Positions 18,163 through 27,458 of a stretch of 64,000 bases of DNA are shown piece after piece. Each line of letters starts with the position of its first letter. Positions within the stretch are counted from its first letter, which is position 1. Under the pieces are notes generated by a model that was given only the letters and a program-made list of their open reading frames with translations, searched no databases and was not told the origin of the DNA. This DNA is from Pseudomonadota bacterium (lineage in GTDB: Bacteria > Pseudomonadota > Alphaproteobacteria > Rhodobacterales > Rhodobacteraceae). The DNA lies in NCBI GenBank assembly GCA_040387915.1, contig JAZKCV010000008.1, forward strand, positions 104,638 through 168,637, given 5' to 3'. The position numbers were made by a program, and so were the translations under genes.

Positions 18163-19572
18163 TCACTTGGTTTTCTTGCGGTAGAGATTGTCGAGATAGA
18201 CGGCCAGAACCAGCGCCACGCCGACGGCAATCATCCGATACGATCCATCGCCATAGCCGATCAGCACCATGCCGGTTTGCAGAGATTGCATCACCAAAGC
18301 GCCGATGATCGCGCCGTAAATGGTGCCAACACCGCCCGCAAGCGAGGTGCCGCCAACGACCGCCGAGGCGATGACATACAATTCATCCAGCGTTCCCAAG
18401 GCGTTGGTGGCGGCGTTCAGGCGGGCAGATGCGACGACAGCGGCAAGGCCAGACAGCAGGCCCATCAGCGAGAAGATCTTCAGCGTCATCCATTTGGTGT
18501 TGATGCCCGACAAAGCTGCGGCCTCGGGGTTGCCGCCGATGGCGAAAACGTAGCGGCCAAAGCGGGTGCGGGTCATCAGGATGGTCATCAGGATGCCGAC
18601 GACGATCAGGATCAGCACCGGGATCGCGAAGCCGGTCGAGATTTGCAGACCGCCCTCTGGCACCACCACATCGGGATTGGCTTTGACATAGGCATCGACG
18701 ATGCCTTTCGGCCAGGTGTAGGCGTTGACCACCAGAACAGCGCCAATCAGCACGCCGCAGCCGAGCAGCGCCAATACGCCTTCGGCCCAGATCGGGCGCT
18801 GTGGGAAGCCGTGTTTGGTGCGGGTTTTGCGGCCGGCTTGGATGATCCAGAGCACGGCGATGCAGCCAAGGATACCGACGATCCAGCTGCCAACCGCGCC
18901 GACAGAGCCACTTGGGCCACCGCCGAGCAGGGCGAAGGTGGTGTCCATTGGGGCGATGGTTTTGCCGTCAGCGGTCAGGAAGGCAGCACCACGCCAGACC
19001 AACATGCCGCCCAAGGTGACGATGAACGACGGGATCGCGCGATAGGCGATCAGCCAGCCGTGGAAGGCACCGATCAGCGCCCCCAGCACGATGCCGATGA
19101 TCGCCGTGATGATCCATATCACCGGGCTACCAAGGCCCAGCATCGGCGGCAGGATATTGACCTGCACGATGCCCATCACCATGCCGGTGACGCCAACAAT
19201 CGAGCCGACCGAAAGGTCAATGTTACGGGTGATGATCACCAGCACCATCCCCGTCGCCATGATCCCGGTCATCGAGGTTTGCACCGACAGGTTCCACAGG
19301 TTGCGCGGGGTGATGAACAGACCCGCGCCCCAGTTGAAGCCATTCCCGCTGAGCAGGCCCGCGATAATCGGATAAAAGTGAAACGCCGACCAGATCAGCA
19401 GCAATGCGCCGACCATGCCAAGCATCCGGGTGTCAAGTTCGGTGTCGCGGATAAAACGCGCGATGGGGCCAAGTTTGGCATCGCTGCCCTGTGGGGCGTG
19501 GGTGGGGGTGTCTGTCATATCCTCGTCCGGCTTGAGAGGGGGGGATGCACCATCAGATCTGGCTGTGACCAT
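18163..19572 (-). CDS. sugar ABC transporter permease, XylH-like, with extended N-terminus
   Basis: The ORF-track start at 19578 is TTG; the first ATG is at 19572, with an alternative ATG at 19518. About 10 TM segments, conserved RbsC/XylH core (NIDLSVGSIVGV...). Confidence 0.75.
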   Translation of the reverse strand: MVTARSDGASPPLKPDEDMTDTPTHAPQGSDAKLGPIARFIRDTELDTRMLGMVGALLLIWSAFHFYPIIAGLLSGNGFNWGAGLFITPRNLWNLSVQTSMTGIMATGMVLVIITRNIDLSVGSIVGVTGMVMGIVQVNILPPMLGLGSPVIWIITAIIGIVLGALIGAFHGWLIAYRAIPSFIVTLGGMLVWRGAAFLTADGKTIAPMDTTFALLGGGPSGSVGAVGSWIVGILGCIAVLWIIQAGRKTRTKHGFPQRPIWAEGVLALLGCGVLIGAVLVVNAYTWPKGIVDAYVKANPDVVVPEGGLQISTGFAIPVLILIVVGILMTILMTRTRFGRYVFAIGGNPEAAALSGINTKWMTLKIFSLMGLLSGLAAVVASARLNAATNALGTLDELYVIASAVVGGTSLAGGVGTIYGAIIGALVMQSLQTGMVLIGYGDGSYRMIAVGVALVLAVYLDNLYRKKTK

Positions 19573-19706
19573 CGGCAAGCGGGCATAGGTCAGGGCTAAG
19601 ACGGTGCAACTTGGGAAAAGCCCGACGCAAGCACGAAGGCTGACGCCGGACCGTTAGTTCAGTGCGTTGGCAGACCCGCTTTCAGCAAATCTGCCTGCTG
19701 TGCCGA

Positions 19707-20732
19707 TTACTGGCAGGCAGCAACGCCTTCCATTGCGCCTTCGCAGGCTTCGGCTTTGCTGATGTGGCCACCGTCGATGGCAAGGTTCAGCGTGTCTTTG
19801 GTGATCGCGGTCGGGGTCAGCAGGATCGCGTTCATTTCAACGCCTTTTTCGCCGTCGCTGAACTTGGTAGCACCAGCAATCGCGTCAATCGCGGTGCCTG
19901 CTGCCAGTTGCGCTGCGATTTCGCCAGCCGCTTTGCCGAGTTGACGCGAGTCTTTCCACACCGAAACGGTCTGGGTGCCACGTGCCACACGGTTTATTGC
20001 TGCCAAATCGCCGTCTTGGCCGCCCAACGGCACCACAAGACCCTGCGCTGCCAAAGCTGCAGACGCGCCGCCCGCCATACCGTCGTTTTCAGCCAGAACG
20101 GCGTCAACGGCGTTGTTGTTGGCGGTCAGGATCTGCTCCATGTTCTTTTGAGCATTTTCCGGCTTCCAGCCATCGGTGTAGACTTCGCCGACGATCTTGA
20201 TGGTGCCAGCTTTGACAGCTTCCCCAATGACTTGCTCCATACCCGAGCGCAGGAAGTCAGCGTTCGGATCACCGGGGTCGCCCTTGATGATGGCGTAGTT
20301 GCCATCGGGTTTGGCCTTCATGACTTCTTCGGCGATGATCTTGCCAACACCGACGTTGTCGAAGGTCAGATAGAAGGCGCGGGCGTCTTCGATCAGACGG
20401 TCGTAGCCGACAACCGGGATACCTTCGGCAGCGGCTTTCTCGATGGCCGGGCCGATGGCGTCTTTGTCCCAGGCGTTGATGATCAGAACGTTTGCGCCCT
20501 GAGCGATCAGCGCGTCCACGTCCGACAACTGCTTTTCCGACGACGATTGCGCGTCAGCCGAGATATATTCGTCGCCAGCGGCTTCGATCGCGGCCTTCAT
20601 TGCGGCTTCGTCGATCTTCCAACGCTCTTCCTGGAACTGAGCCCAAGATACGCCAATTTTTTTGCCTTCTGCCAAAGCAGCCGACGAGAAACCCGCTGCG
20701 GCGATGACCGCAAGCATAATGACCTTACGCAT
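19707..20732 (-). CDS. sugar ABC transporter periplasmic binding protein, D-xylose-binding XylF-like
   Basis: 341 aa. Signal peptide MRKVIMLAVIAAAGFSSAALA. Periplasmic-binding-protein type I fold (KKIGVSWAQFQEERWKIDEAAMKAA...). Strong SD GGGAGGA. Confidence 0.8.
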   Translation of the reverse strand: MRKVIMLAVIAAAGFSSAALAEGKKIGVSWAQFQEERWKIDEAAMKAAIEAAGDEYISADAQSSSEKQLSDVDALIAQGANVLIINAWDKDAIGPAIEKAAAEGIPVVGYDRLIEDARAFYLTFDNVGVGKIIAEEVMKAKPDGNYAIIKGDPGDPNADFLRSGMEQVIGEAVKAGTIKIVGEVYTDGWKPENAQKNMEQILTANNNAVDAVLAENDGMAGGASAALAAQGLVVPLGGQDGDLAAINRVARGTQTVSVWKDSRQLGKAAGEIAAQLAAGTAIDAIAGATKFSDGEKGVEMNAILLTPTAITKDTLNLAIDGGHISKAEACEGAMEGVAACQ

Positions 20733-20945
20733 TTTTATCCTCCCTATGGATTCGGCCAGCGTATGACCTGTTCCGCAGATTCGCTAGAACTGGCAGAAAA
20801 TTGCCGCTAATAAATTCAGTTGTCAAAATAAAACTGATGCGCGAGAACGGAACAGCTGGAATATCTTGCAAATTGGCGCTGCATTGCAGCAATAATAGAT
20901 TGTGTAAGAACAATTCCGCCCTGTTTTTGTTCGGAGATCAAATAA
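20733..20945. promoter_or_regulatory. AT-rich divergent promoter/operator region between the xylF-like operon and the ROK regulator
   Basis: 213 bp with GC far below the window average (TTGTCAAAATAAAACTGATG..., ATTGCAGCAATAATAGATTGTGTAAGAACAATT). Position fits divergent promoters and a ROK-repressor operator. Confidence 0.5.
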
Positions 20946-22223
20946 ATGGCGGGTTTTGGCGGTGCAGAATCGGCAGAGGTGGGGGGCTTGGGCTGTGGCC
21001 CGCTGATAGCACCACTGTCCGAATCAATGCGGCCATTGCGCCAGCAGGTATTTGAGCGGGTGCGCGCGGCTGGCCTGATCGCGCGGGTGCAGGTGGCGAA
21101 GGATCTCGGCGTCTCGCCTGCTTCGGTCACGACGATCACCTCGGAATTGATTGAGGCTGGCCTGATTGAGGAGGTCAGCGCGCCGCGTGATCCTGAATTG
21201 GGGCGGGGTCGTCCGGCGGTGGCTTTGGGGGTGCGGGCGGGGGCGCATCTGGTGGCGGGGATGAAGATGTCAGACCGCGAGCATTCGGCGGTGATCGTCG
21301 ATTTCGCGGGCAATCTCTTGGCGAATGAGGTGGTGCCGCGCAGGCCTGGCCCGATGCCTGTGGCAGAAATGCTGGATGCAATGGCGGCTTTGCTGAACCG
21401 GGTCTGCGATAACGCCGGGATCGCGCGTGGTGCTTTGTCGGGGGTGGGTATCGGGCTGCCGGGGTTTGTCGATCAGGCCGAAGGCGTGGTGTTGTGGTCC
21501 TCGACGCTGACCGAACGCGCGGTGCCTTTGGCTTTGGCCGCACAAGAGCGGTTGGGGCTGCCTGTGAGCATCGACAACGACGCCAATCTGGTGGCTTTGG
21601 CGGAATTGTGGTTCGGCGCGGGGCGGTCTTTGGCGGATTTCGCGGTGGTGACGTTTGAGCATGGCGTCGGTATGGGCTTTGTGATGAACCACCGGATTTA
21701 TCGCGGCGCGCAGCGTCTGGGGCTGGAGTTGGGCCATACCAAGGTGCAGTTGGACGGCGCTTTGTGCCGCTGTGGGCAAAGGGGCTGTCTGGAGGCTTAT
21801 GTCGCCGATTACGCCTTGGCGCGGGAAGCCACTACGGCGCTGAACTGGGGCCACCGCGAGGGCCAGTCGATTTCGGTGCTTTTGGAGAGTCTGTATGACC
21901 ATGCGCAGGCGGGCGATGCCACGGCGCGCAGTATTTTCCGACGGGCGGGGCGCTATCTGGCGGTGGGCTTGGCAAATGTGGTCAATTTGTTTGATCCGGC
22001 GCTGATCATTCTGTCCGGCGAGCGGCTGAAGTTCGACTACCTTTACGCCGCCGAAACCTTGGCCGAGATGGACAATCTGGTGATCAATACCGGGCGTCCG
22101 CGCCCACCGATTGAGATCCACGCTTGGGGCGATCTTTTGTGGGCGCATGGCGCGGCGGCTTTGGCTTTGTCTGCGGTGACCGAGCGGATTTTGACCGCGC
22201 CGCGGGAGTTGGCGGCGCAGTAA
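20946..22223 (+). CDS. ROK family transcriptional regulator (XylR/Mlc-like)
   Basis: N-terminal wHTH (RVQVAKDLGVSPASVTTITSELIEAGLIEE). ROK sugar-kinase-like core with the Zn-binding motif HTKVQLDGALCRCGQRGCLEAY. ATG 20946 has a GGAG SD; the alternative start at 21027 would drop the Gly-rich leader. Confidence 0.75.
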   Translation: MAGFGGAESAEVGGLGCGPLIAPLSESMRPLRQQVFERVRAAGLIARVQVAKDLGVSPASVTTITSELIEAGLIEEVSAPRDPELGRGRPAVALGVRAGAHLVAGMKMSDREHSAVIVDFAGNLLANEVVPRRPGPMPVAEMLDAMAALLNRVCDNAGIARGALSGVGIGLPGFVDQAEGVVLWSSTLTERAVPLALAAQERLGLPVSIDNDANLVALAELWFGAGRSLADFAVVTFEHGVGMGFVMNHRIYRGAQRLGLELGHTKVQLDGALCRCGQRGCLEAYVADYALAREATTALNWGHREGQSISVLLESLYDHAQAGDATARSIFRRAGRYLAVGLANVVNLFDPALIILSGERLKFDYLYAAETLAEMDNLVINTGRPRPPIEIHAWGDLLWAHGAAALALSAVTERILTAPRELAAQ

Positions 22224-22256
22224 TTGTGAGGGGGAGGCGGGTTGAGACGTGGAACT

Positions 22257-22345
22257 GGGGGTTTCACACCCCCCATGCCATTGGTCTCTCGAACCAATGG
22301 CGATACCAATGGCAAACCCGTGGGATATTTGAGCACAGAGGATGA
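22257..22345 (+). repeat. intergenic repeat element, copy A (hairpin GGGGGTTTCACACCCCC plus conserved core GGGATATTTGAGCACAGAGGATGA)
   Basis: Lies between convergent gene ends. Core at 22322-22345 is identical to 28182-28205 and near-identical to both arms of the 37625-37712 palindrome. A second hairpin CCATTGGT-ctctcga-ACCAATGG sits at 22277-22299. Confidence 0.7.
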
Positions 22346-22361
22346 CAATTTTGGGTAAATT

Positions 22362-23249
22362 TTAGGGAGTGCCGTTCAGCTTGGCGGTGAAATCGGCGAG
22401 ATGCGGGACGTAATCCTCTGGGCCATCGCCGCCATTGGCCATCGCATAGGCGAAGGCGTTTTTGGCGGCAGATGCCATGTTGGTGACGACTTTGGCATCA
22501 TTCGCCATCGATTCCAGATAGCGCAAGTCTTTGTATGCATTAGAGATCGTGAAGCGATGTGCCTCACGGTTGCCGTCCAATGCGCAGGCCATGAAGGTTT
22601 GGTAAAAGCCGCAATCCATGCGGCCGCCGCGAATAACGCTGTCAAACGCTGCAATCGGGATGCCAACCTTTTCCGAAAGCGCAATCGCCTCGGCATAGAG
22701 CGCGGCATAGCCGAGGGAGATGAAATTGTTCAGCAGTTTCATCCGGTGGCCATCGCCGATGCCGCCGATATGCACGACCTTGCCCGCCCAAGTCGCGATG
22801 ATCGGCTGAATGCGGGCGAAGACCTGCGGAGAGGCCCCCACCATGCAATCGAGCGTGCCCGCCCAAGCCTCTTTCGGGGTGCGCGACAGCGGCGCATCGG
22901 CGAAATCAACGCCGATGCTGCCCAGATCGCGGGCCAGACTTTCGGTCACCACCGGGTCTGAGGTGGAGCAATCGACAATCACCGACCCACGCGCAAGACC
23001 GGGTTTCAGCGCCATCACCACCTCGGACACCTGCGGTGAGCCGGACAGGCAGAGGAAGATCACATCGCAAGCGCGACCGAGGTCGGCCAAGTTTGCGGCC
23101 TCGGTCGCACCACGGGCGATCAGATCTTCGACGGGCGCGCGGTTGCGATGGGCGTAGACCGTCAGCGGATAGCCCTTGGCCACGATATTCGCCGCCATAC
23201 CCTGACCCATCAGGCCCAAACCAACAAAACCCACCCGTACCTGTGCCAT
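22362..23249 (-). CDS. NAD(P)-dependent oxidoreductase, 3-hydroxyisobutyrate / tartronate-semialdehyde reductase family
   Basis: Start placed at ATG 23249 (MAQVRVGFVGLGLMGQGMA, the canonical N-terminal Rossmann motif of this family; SD GGGGG). The ORF-track start at 23333 would translate the upstream tandem repeat. Confidence 0.8.
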   Translation of the reverse strand: MAQVRVGFVGLGLMGQGMAANIVAKGYPLTVYAHRNRAPVEDLIARGATEAANLADLGRACDVIFLCLSGSPQVSEVVMALKPGLARGSVIVDCSTSDPVVTESLARDLGSIGVDFADAPLSRTPKEAWAGTLDCMVGASPQVFARIQPIIATWAGKVVHIGGIGDGHRMKLLNNFISLGYAALYAEAIALSEKVGIPIAAFDSVIRGGRMDCGFYQTFMACALDGNREAHRFTISNAYKDLRYLESMANDAKVVTNMASAAKNAFAYAMANGGDGPEDYVPHLADFTAKLNGTP

Positions 23250-23375
23250 CTGCGCCCCCAATGTTCGGGGCAGAGTTACATCGCGGTCGGAGAGTTTCAA
23301 GACTGGGAGTTTCAAGCTGGGCTTTGAACGCAAAAGGCAGGCCGCGCTGGCCTGCCTTTCGTTGATTTTGATCGC

Positions 23376-23534
23376 TTACTCGGTTTGCTGGGTTGCAAGC
23401 AACGGGTTGCGGCTGGAGAGGCTGCCCTCGGGGGCAAAGATCACCACCATAACGCCGATATAGGCCAGCGCAAAAACAGCAAAAGCAACATAGGTCGCGC
23501 GCCGCGATGGACGCTGAGACATGGTCTGAGTCAT
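23376..23534 (-). CDS. hypothetical small membrane protein (52 aa, single TM)
   Basis: ATG 23534 preceded by AGGA at -11. Hydrophobic core YVAFAVFALAYIGVMVVIFAP. No recognisable family, so this is weak. Confidence 0.3.
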   Translation of the reverse strand: MTQTMSQRPSRRATYVAFAVFALAYIGVMVVIFAPEGSLSSRNPLLATQQTE

Positions 23535-23823
23535 TTGAACATCCTGTGCAGCTTTGGATGGATCGTGCAGCCACATTATCAAGCTTTTGTGAGTCGCGAA
23601 AGCATTATTTATCTATCAAATATATCGTGATTGATTCGGGGCTGGTGGGTTGGCGGTTTTTGCAGTGATTTCTGGGGTTTCAGGGCGGCTGATCCATCGG
23701 CGATTGTTGGCTTGTGCGGTGCGGGGCTGCAAAAACGCCCTACCGGGGCTTTGCTGTCAAGTTTTTTTACAATCCCGCCTCGCGCGGATTGATTCCTTTT
23801 TCCACGCCAGTTAGGTCTTGGAG

Positions 23824-24288
23824 ATGATTACACAAAAGATGAAATATGCGTTGAAAGCGCTGTTGGTGTTGGCGGATGCGGCAGCGATGCCCGCACCGGA
23901 GGCCTTGACGATCGAAGCGATCGCCAAGCGCTCTGGCACGCCGAAGCGGTTTTTGGAGCATATTCTTTTGGAGGTGCGCAACGCGGGCATCATCGCCTCG
24001 ACCCGTGGGCGCTCCGGCGGCTATCAGCTGATCAAACCACCGGCCGAGATTTCGATTTCGGAACTGCTGCGGCTGATCGACGGGCCGATTGCGCCGCTGC
24101 CGTGTCTGTCGCGCCGCGCCTATCAGCGCTGCGAGGATTGTGTGGATGAGGAAAGCTGCCGGATCAGGAAGGTTTTCGCCGATATTTTCTGGTCTTATCT
24201 GCTGCTGATCGAATCGCTGACCTTGGCGGATATGCTGCGCTCGGGGGCTGTGACGGCGCAGGTTTTGGCAGAGCCTTTGGCGTCTTAA
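23824..24288 (+). CDS. Rrf2 family transcriptional regulator (probable Fe-S cluster-binding)
   Basis: First ATG at 23824 (the ORF-track start at 23818 is TTG). N-terminus MITQKMKYALKALLVLA matches the Rrf2 HTH start. Cys cluster PCLSRRAYQRCEDCVDEESC. Confidence 0.8.
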   Translation: MITQKMKYALKALLVLADAAAMPAPEALTIEAIAKRSGTPKRFLEHILLEVRNAGIIASTRGRSGGYQLIKPPAEISISELLRLIDGPIAPLPCLSRRAYQRCEDCVDEESCRIRKVFADIFWSYLLLIESLTLADMLRSGAVTAQVLAEPLAS

Positions 24289-24297
24289 ACGCGGGGT

Positions 24298-26391
24298 TTA
24301 ATCCTGCAAGGCGGTGACTTCGCGGCGGAACGGCAAAGCGTCGCCGAGATTCGGCATATCCAATTCGCGGGCGTAGCGGTGGCCAGCATAGGTCGCCCAG
24401 GCAATCGGACCGGGGGCGCAGGCATCGCCGATCACCTTGACCGATTGGATGCCTGCATCGGCCCAGTCGGCTTCACGGGCCTGCAGATCGCGGTAAAGCT
24501 GGTCTTGGCTGATGCGGCTGGCGACCATCACCACGGCTTCGGCGTCAATGTGGGATTCGGCTCCGGTGTAGACGCAGGCGGTGGTAACACCGTGATCGGT
24601 CAGCGCAATTACCCCCGCGTTCAGCACGATCTTGACGCCCGCCGCTGCCAGTTTGCGGTGGATCGAAGCTTGTTCCAGCGTGTTCAGTGTCCAATCCGAG
24701 ACATAGGCTGAGGGCGTCACCAGCGTCACCTCGCAGCCATTCTGCGCCAGCAGTTCGGCCAGAACACCGCCCATATAATAGTGATCGTCGTCAAACAGCG
24801 TGATGCGACCCTTGGGCAGGCGGCCCGCCATCAGATCATCGGGGGTGTAGACGGGCAAGCCTGCGTTGGGGACCGGCTCGACATGCATCCGGGCCACGCC
24901 ATCGGCGCGCCAGAGTGACCCGGTGGCGATGGCGATGTGTTGGAAACCGAAATCGAGGATGTCGGAGGCACTCAGGCGGCTGTCGAAATAGGTTTCAACA
25001 TTCGGGCGCTGGCTGATTTGATAGGTGCGGTAATCGGCGACGCGACCCCAAGCGGAGAGGCCGGGCAGCAGGCGTTCTTTTGCGACGCGGCCGCCAAGGG
25101 TTGTGGAGGCTTCCGCCAAGGCCACATCATAGCCGCGTAGGGACAGGGCGCGGGCGGCCTCTAACCCTGCCGGACCCGCGCCGACGATCAGTACGTTTTG
25201 GCTGGGGCCTTTGGCGTTCATCTTTTCGGGATGCCAGCCTTTGCGCCATTCCTCCATGAAGGTTGGGTTCTGCGTGCAGCGTGAAATGCTTTGCGTCATG
25301 TCGCCGGTGACGCAGATATTGCAGCCGATACATTCGCGGATATCCTCAATCCGGCCTTCCTCGATCTTTTTCGGCAGGAACGGATCGGCAATCGAGGGTC
25401 GGGCGCAGCCGATGAAATCGAGCGTGCCTTGGCGGATCATCTTGGCCATCACATCGGGCGAGGTGAAGCGGCCAACGCCGACGACGGGGCGGGTGGTGAG
25501 CTCGCGGATGCCTTTGACAAGAGTTTCTTGGGCCGCTTCTTCCTTGAAACGGCTGGGGCCAGAGCAATCTTCCCAAGTGCCTTGCGCCAGATCCCACAGA
25601 TCGGGCAGATCGCCATTCATCGCGATGAAGTCGCGCAGTTCGGCATTGGAAAAGCCAAGCTTGCCAATCTGTTCGTCTAGGGAGACGCGCATTGTCAGTG
25701 CCATGGTATCGCCCACCGCATCGCGCATATCCGACAGCACTTCGCGGGCGAAACGAGAGCGGTTCTCAAGCGAGCCGCCATATTCATCGCTGCGCTGGTT
25801 GGTGGCACGGGAGAGGAAATGTTGAAAGATTCCAAAGCCATGCGCACCGTAGAGACAGATCAGATCGAAGCCTGCGATTTGGCTACGCTTGGCCGCGTTT
25901 ACAAACCAACGTCGCAGGTTTTTGATGTCGGTCTTATCCAAACCGCGCGCCTGCACCGGATCATTGGTAAAGGTGCGGATTGGGCCGGGGGAGACCGCCA
26001 TCGGCACCTCTTTGGTGTAGAAATTCGGGCCGTTGATGCCGGAATAGGCGAGTTGAATCCCCGCGAGGCCACCATGGGTTTTCATCGCTGCCGCCATTTT
26101 GGCGATGGCGGGAATATCCTGATCCTCCCACAGCCGCAGTTCAATAAACGGGGTGATTTCAGAAGTATGGTGCATCTCGGTCTGTTCGGTGAAGATCACC
26201 CCCCAACCACCTTCGGCCTTGATGCCGCGCATCGCCGCTGCTGCCGAAGGGTCGCGGTAGCCTGCGCCATTGCAATGCGGCACTTGGTAGAAGCGGTTTT
26301 TGGCGACGAGCGGGCCGATCTGTTGCGGCTGAAACAGAATGTCATAGCGGGGATCACGCACGGAGATGCCTTTCGGATGGGGTGGCGGCAC
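24298..26391 (-). CDS. trimethylamine/dimethylamine/histamine dehydrogenase family flavoprotein (OYE-like FMN domain + 4Fe-4S + ADP-binding domain); N-methyl-amine demethylase-like
   Basis: 697 aa. N-terminus RDPRYDILFQPQQIGPLVAKNRFYQVPHCNGAG closely matches my memory of the TMADH N-terminus. 4Fe-4S motif CIGCNICV, second dinucleotide fold VLIVGAGPAGLEAARAL. Apparent GTG start at 26391. Confidence 0.8.
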   Translation of the reverse strand: MPPPHPKGISVRDPRYDILFQPQQIGPLVAKNRFYQVPHCNGAGYRDPSAAAAMRGIKAEGGWGVIFTEQTEMHHTSEITPFIELRLWEDQDIPAIAKMAAAMKTHGGLAGIQLAYSGINGPNFYTKEVPMAVSPGPIRTFTNDPVQARGLDKTDIKNLRRWFVNAAKRSQIAGFDLICLYGAHGFGIFQHFLSRATNQRSDEYGGSLENRSRFAREVLSDMRDAVGDTMALTMRVSLDEQIGKLGFSNAELRDFIAMNGDLPDLWDLAQGTWEDCSGPSRFKEEAAQETLVKGIRELTTRPVVGVGRFTSPDVMAKMIRQGTLDFIGCARPSIADPFLPKKIEEGRIEDIRECIGCNICVTGDMTQSISRCTQNPTFMEEWRKGWHPEKMNAKGPSQNVLIVGAGPAGLEAARALSLRGYDVALAEASTTLGGRVAKERLLPGLSAWGRVADYRTYQISQRPNVETYFDSRLSASDILDFGFQHIAIATGSLWRADGVARMHVEPVPNAGLPVYTPDDLMAGRLPKGRITLFDDDHYYMGGVLAELLAQNGCEVTLVTPSAYVSDWTLNTLEQASIHRKLAAAGVKIVLNAGVIALTDHGVTTACVYTGAESHIDAEAVVMVASRISQDQLYRDLQAREADWADAGIQSVKVIGDACAPGPIAWATYAGHRYARELDMPNLGDALPFRREVTALQD

Positions 26392-26451
26392 ATTGACGCT
26401 TTAGGCTTGGGCGTAAAGGACGCGATGGCGAAGCGTGACTTAGGCCAGGCC

Positions 26452-27396
26452 TTAGCTGGTGCGGGGCACGGTCAGATGCAGGCCTGGGGTAGAGTTCAGT
26501 GTGATCTCGGCGCGGGCATGGTTAATAAAGGCCTGCACGGTTAACGAAATCCCGGCACCTTCGGACAGTGCCAGCCCCAGTTTCATCGGGCGCACGGCAC
26601 CCGTCAGCGGCACGTAGCGCAGGCGGCGGCCATCGGGAGCGGCATCGGTCAGAGGGCGGATGTTGGCGATGGAATAGCCAAAACCATTGGCGACCATTGA
26701 CTGCATCACCCCCATATCGCGGGTGCGCTCGACAATATTCGGGCGCAGATTGATCGCGCTGAAGTGGGAGAGAAAATAGTCGGACGACAGCGGCAGATCG
26801 AGCAGGATCATCGGATATTCCGCCAGATCGCGCGGGGTGAGTTGATCGCGCTGCGCGAGGGGGTGGTCCAGCGGCATCACGGCATAGGGTGGCAGGGTGA
26901 CAAGCGGTATGAAGGTCAGATCAGATGGAATATCAAGATCATAGCTGAGCGCGATATCAAGATCGGCGGAGCGCAGGGCGGCGAAGATTTCGACTTGGTT
27001 CAGTTCAACTTGGGTAAAATCCACCTCGGGGAAGGCTTGGATGAAGCTGTGGCGCAGTTGCGGCAGCACCATCTGCGCGAAGGTGACAAGGCAGCCAACC
27101 GAGAGCGGCCCTCGCACCTTGCCGGTGATCTGATTGGCGAGTTCGTTCAGCTTGCTGGCCTCGGTCAGCACCAGTTTGGCTTGAGCGACGAATTGCTTGC
27201 CGCCTTGGGTCAAAGATAGCCCATGTGCATGTTTGCGCACGAACAGGGCGAGGCCAAATTCAGCCTCAAGCTGCGAGATCGCCGCTGAGATCGAAGGGCT
27301 AGAGACGTTAACCTTTTCCGCCGCAAGTGCGATCGAGCCGCAATCGCCGACGGCCACAAGATATTCCAACTGACGAAGCGTGAAGCGAAGCGGCAT
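26452..27396 (-). CDS. LysR family transcriptional regulator
   Basis: Start at ATG 27396 (MPLRFTLRQLEYLVAVGDCGSIALAAEKVNVSSPSISAAISQLEAEFG, a canonical LysR HTH). The ORF-track start at 27552 is an upstream extension. Confidence 0.8.
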   Translation of the reverse strand: MPLRFTLRQLEYLVAVGDCGSIALAAEKVNVSSPSISAAISQLEAEFGLALFVRKHAHGLSLTQGGKQFVAQAKLVLTEASKLNELANQITGKVRGPLSVGCLVTFAQMVLPQLRHSFIQAFPEVDFTQVELNQVEIFAALRSADLDIALSYDLDIPSDLTFIPLVTLPPYAVMPLDHPLAQRDQLTPRDLAEYPMILLDLPLSSDYFLSHFSAINLRPNIVERTRDMGVMQSMVANGFGYSIANIRPLTDAAPDGRRLRYVPLTGAVRPMKLGLALSEGAGISLTVQAFINHARAEITLNSTPGLHLTVPRTS

Positions 27397-27458
27397 CTTG
27401 GGCTGTTCCCGGCTTTGGATTAGGGACAGCCTAAGCATATTCGCACCCTGCGGCAAAT

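Noticed and set aside
17401-19599. 732-aa ORF on the plus strand, antisense to the xylG/xylH-like genes
   Set aside because: Low-complexity Asp/Gly/Arg/His-rich translation typical of the antisense frame of high-GC genes. The opposite strand encodes clearly recognisable ABC ATPase and permease proteins.
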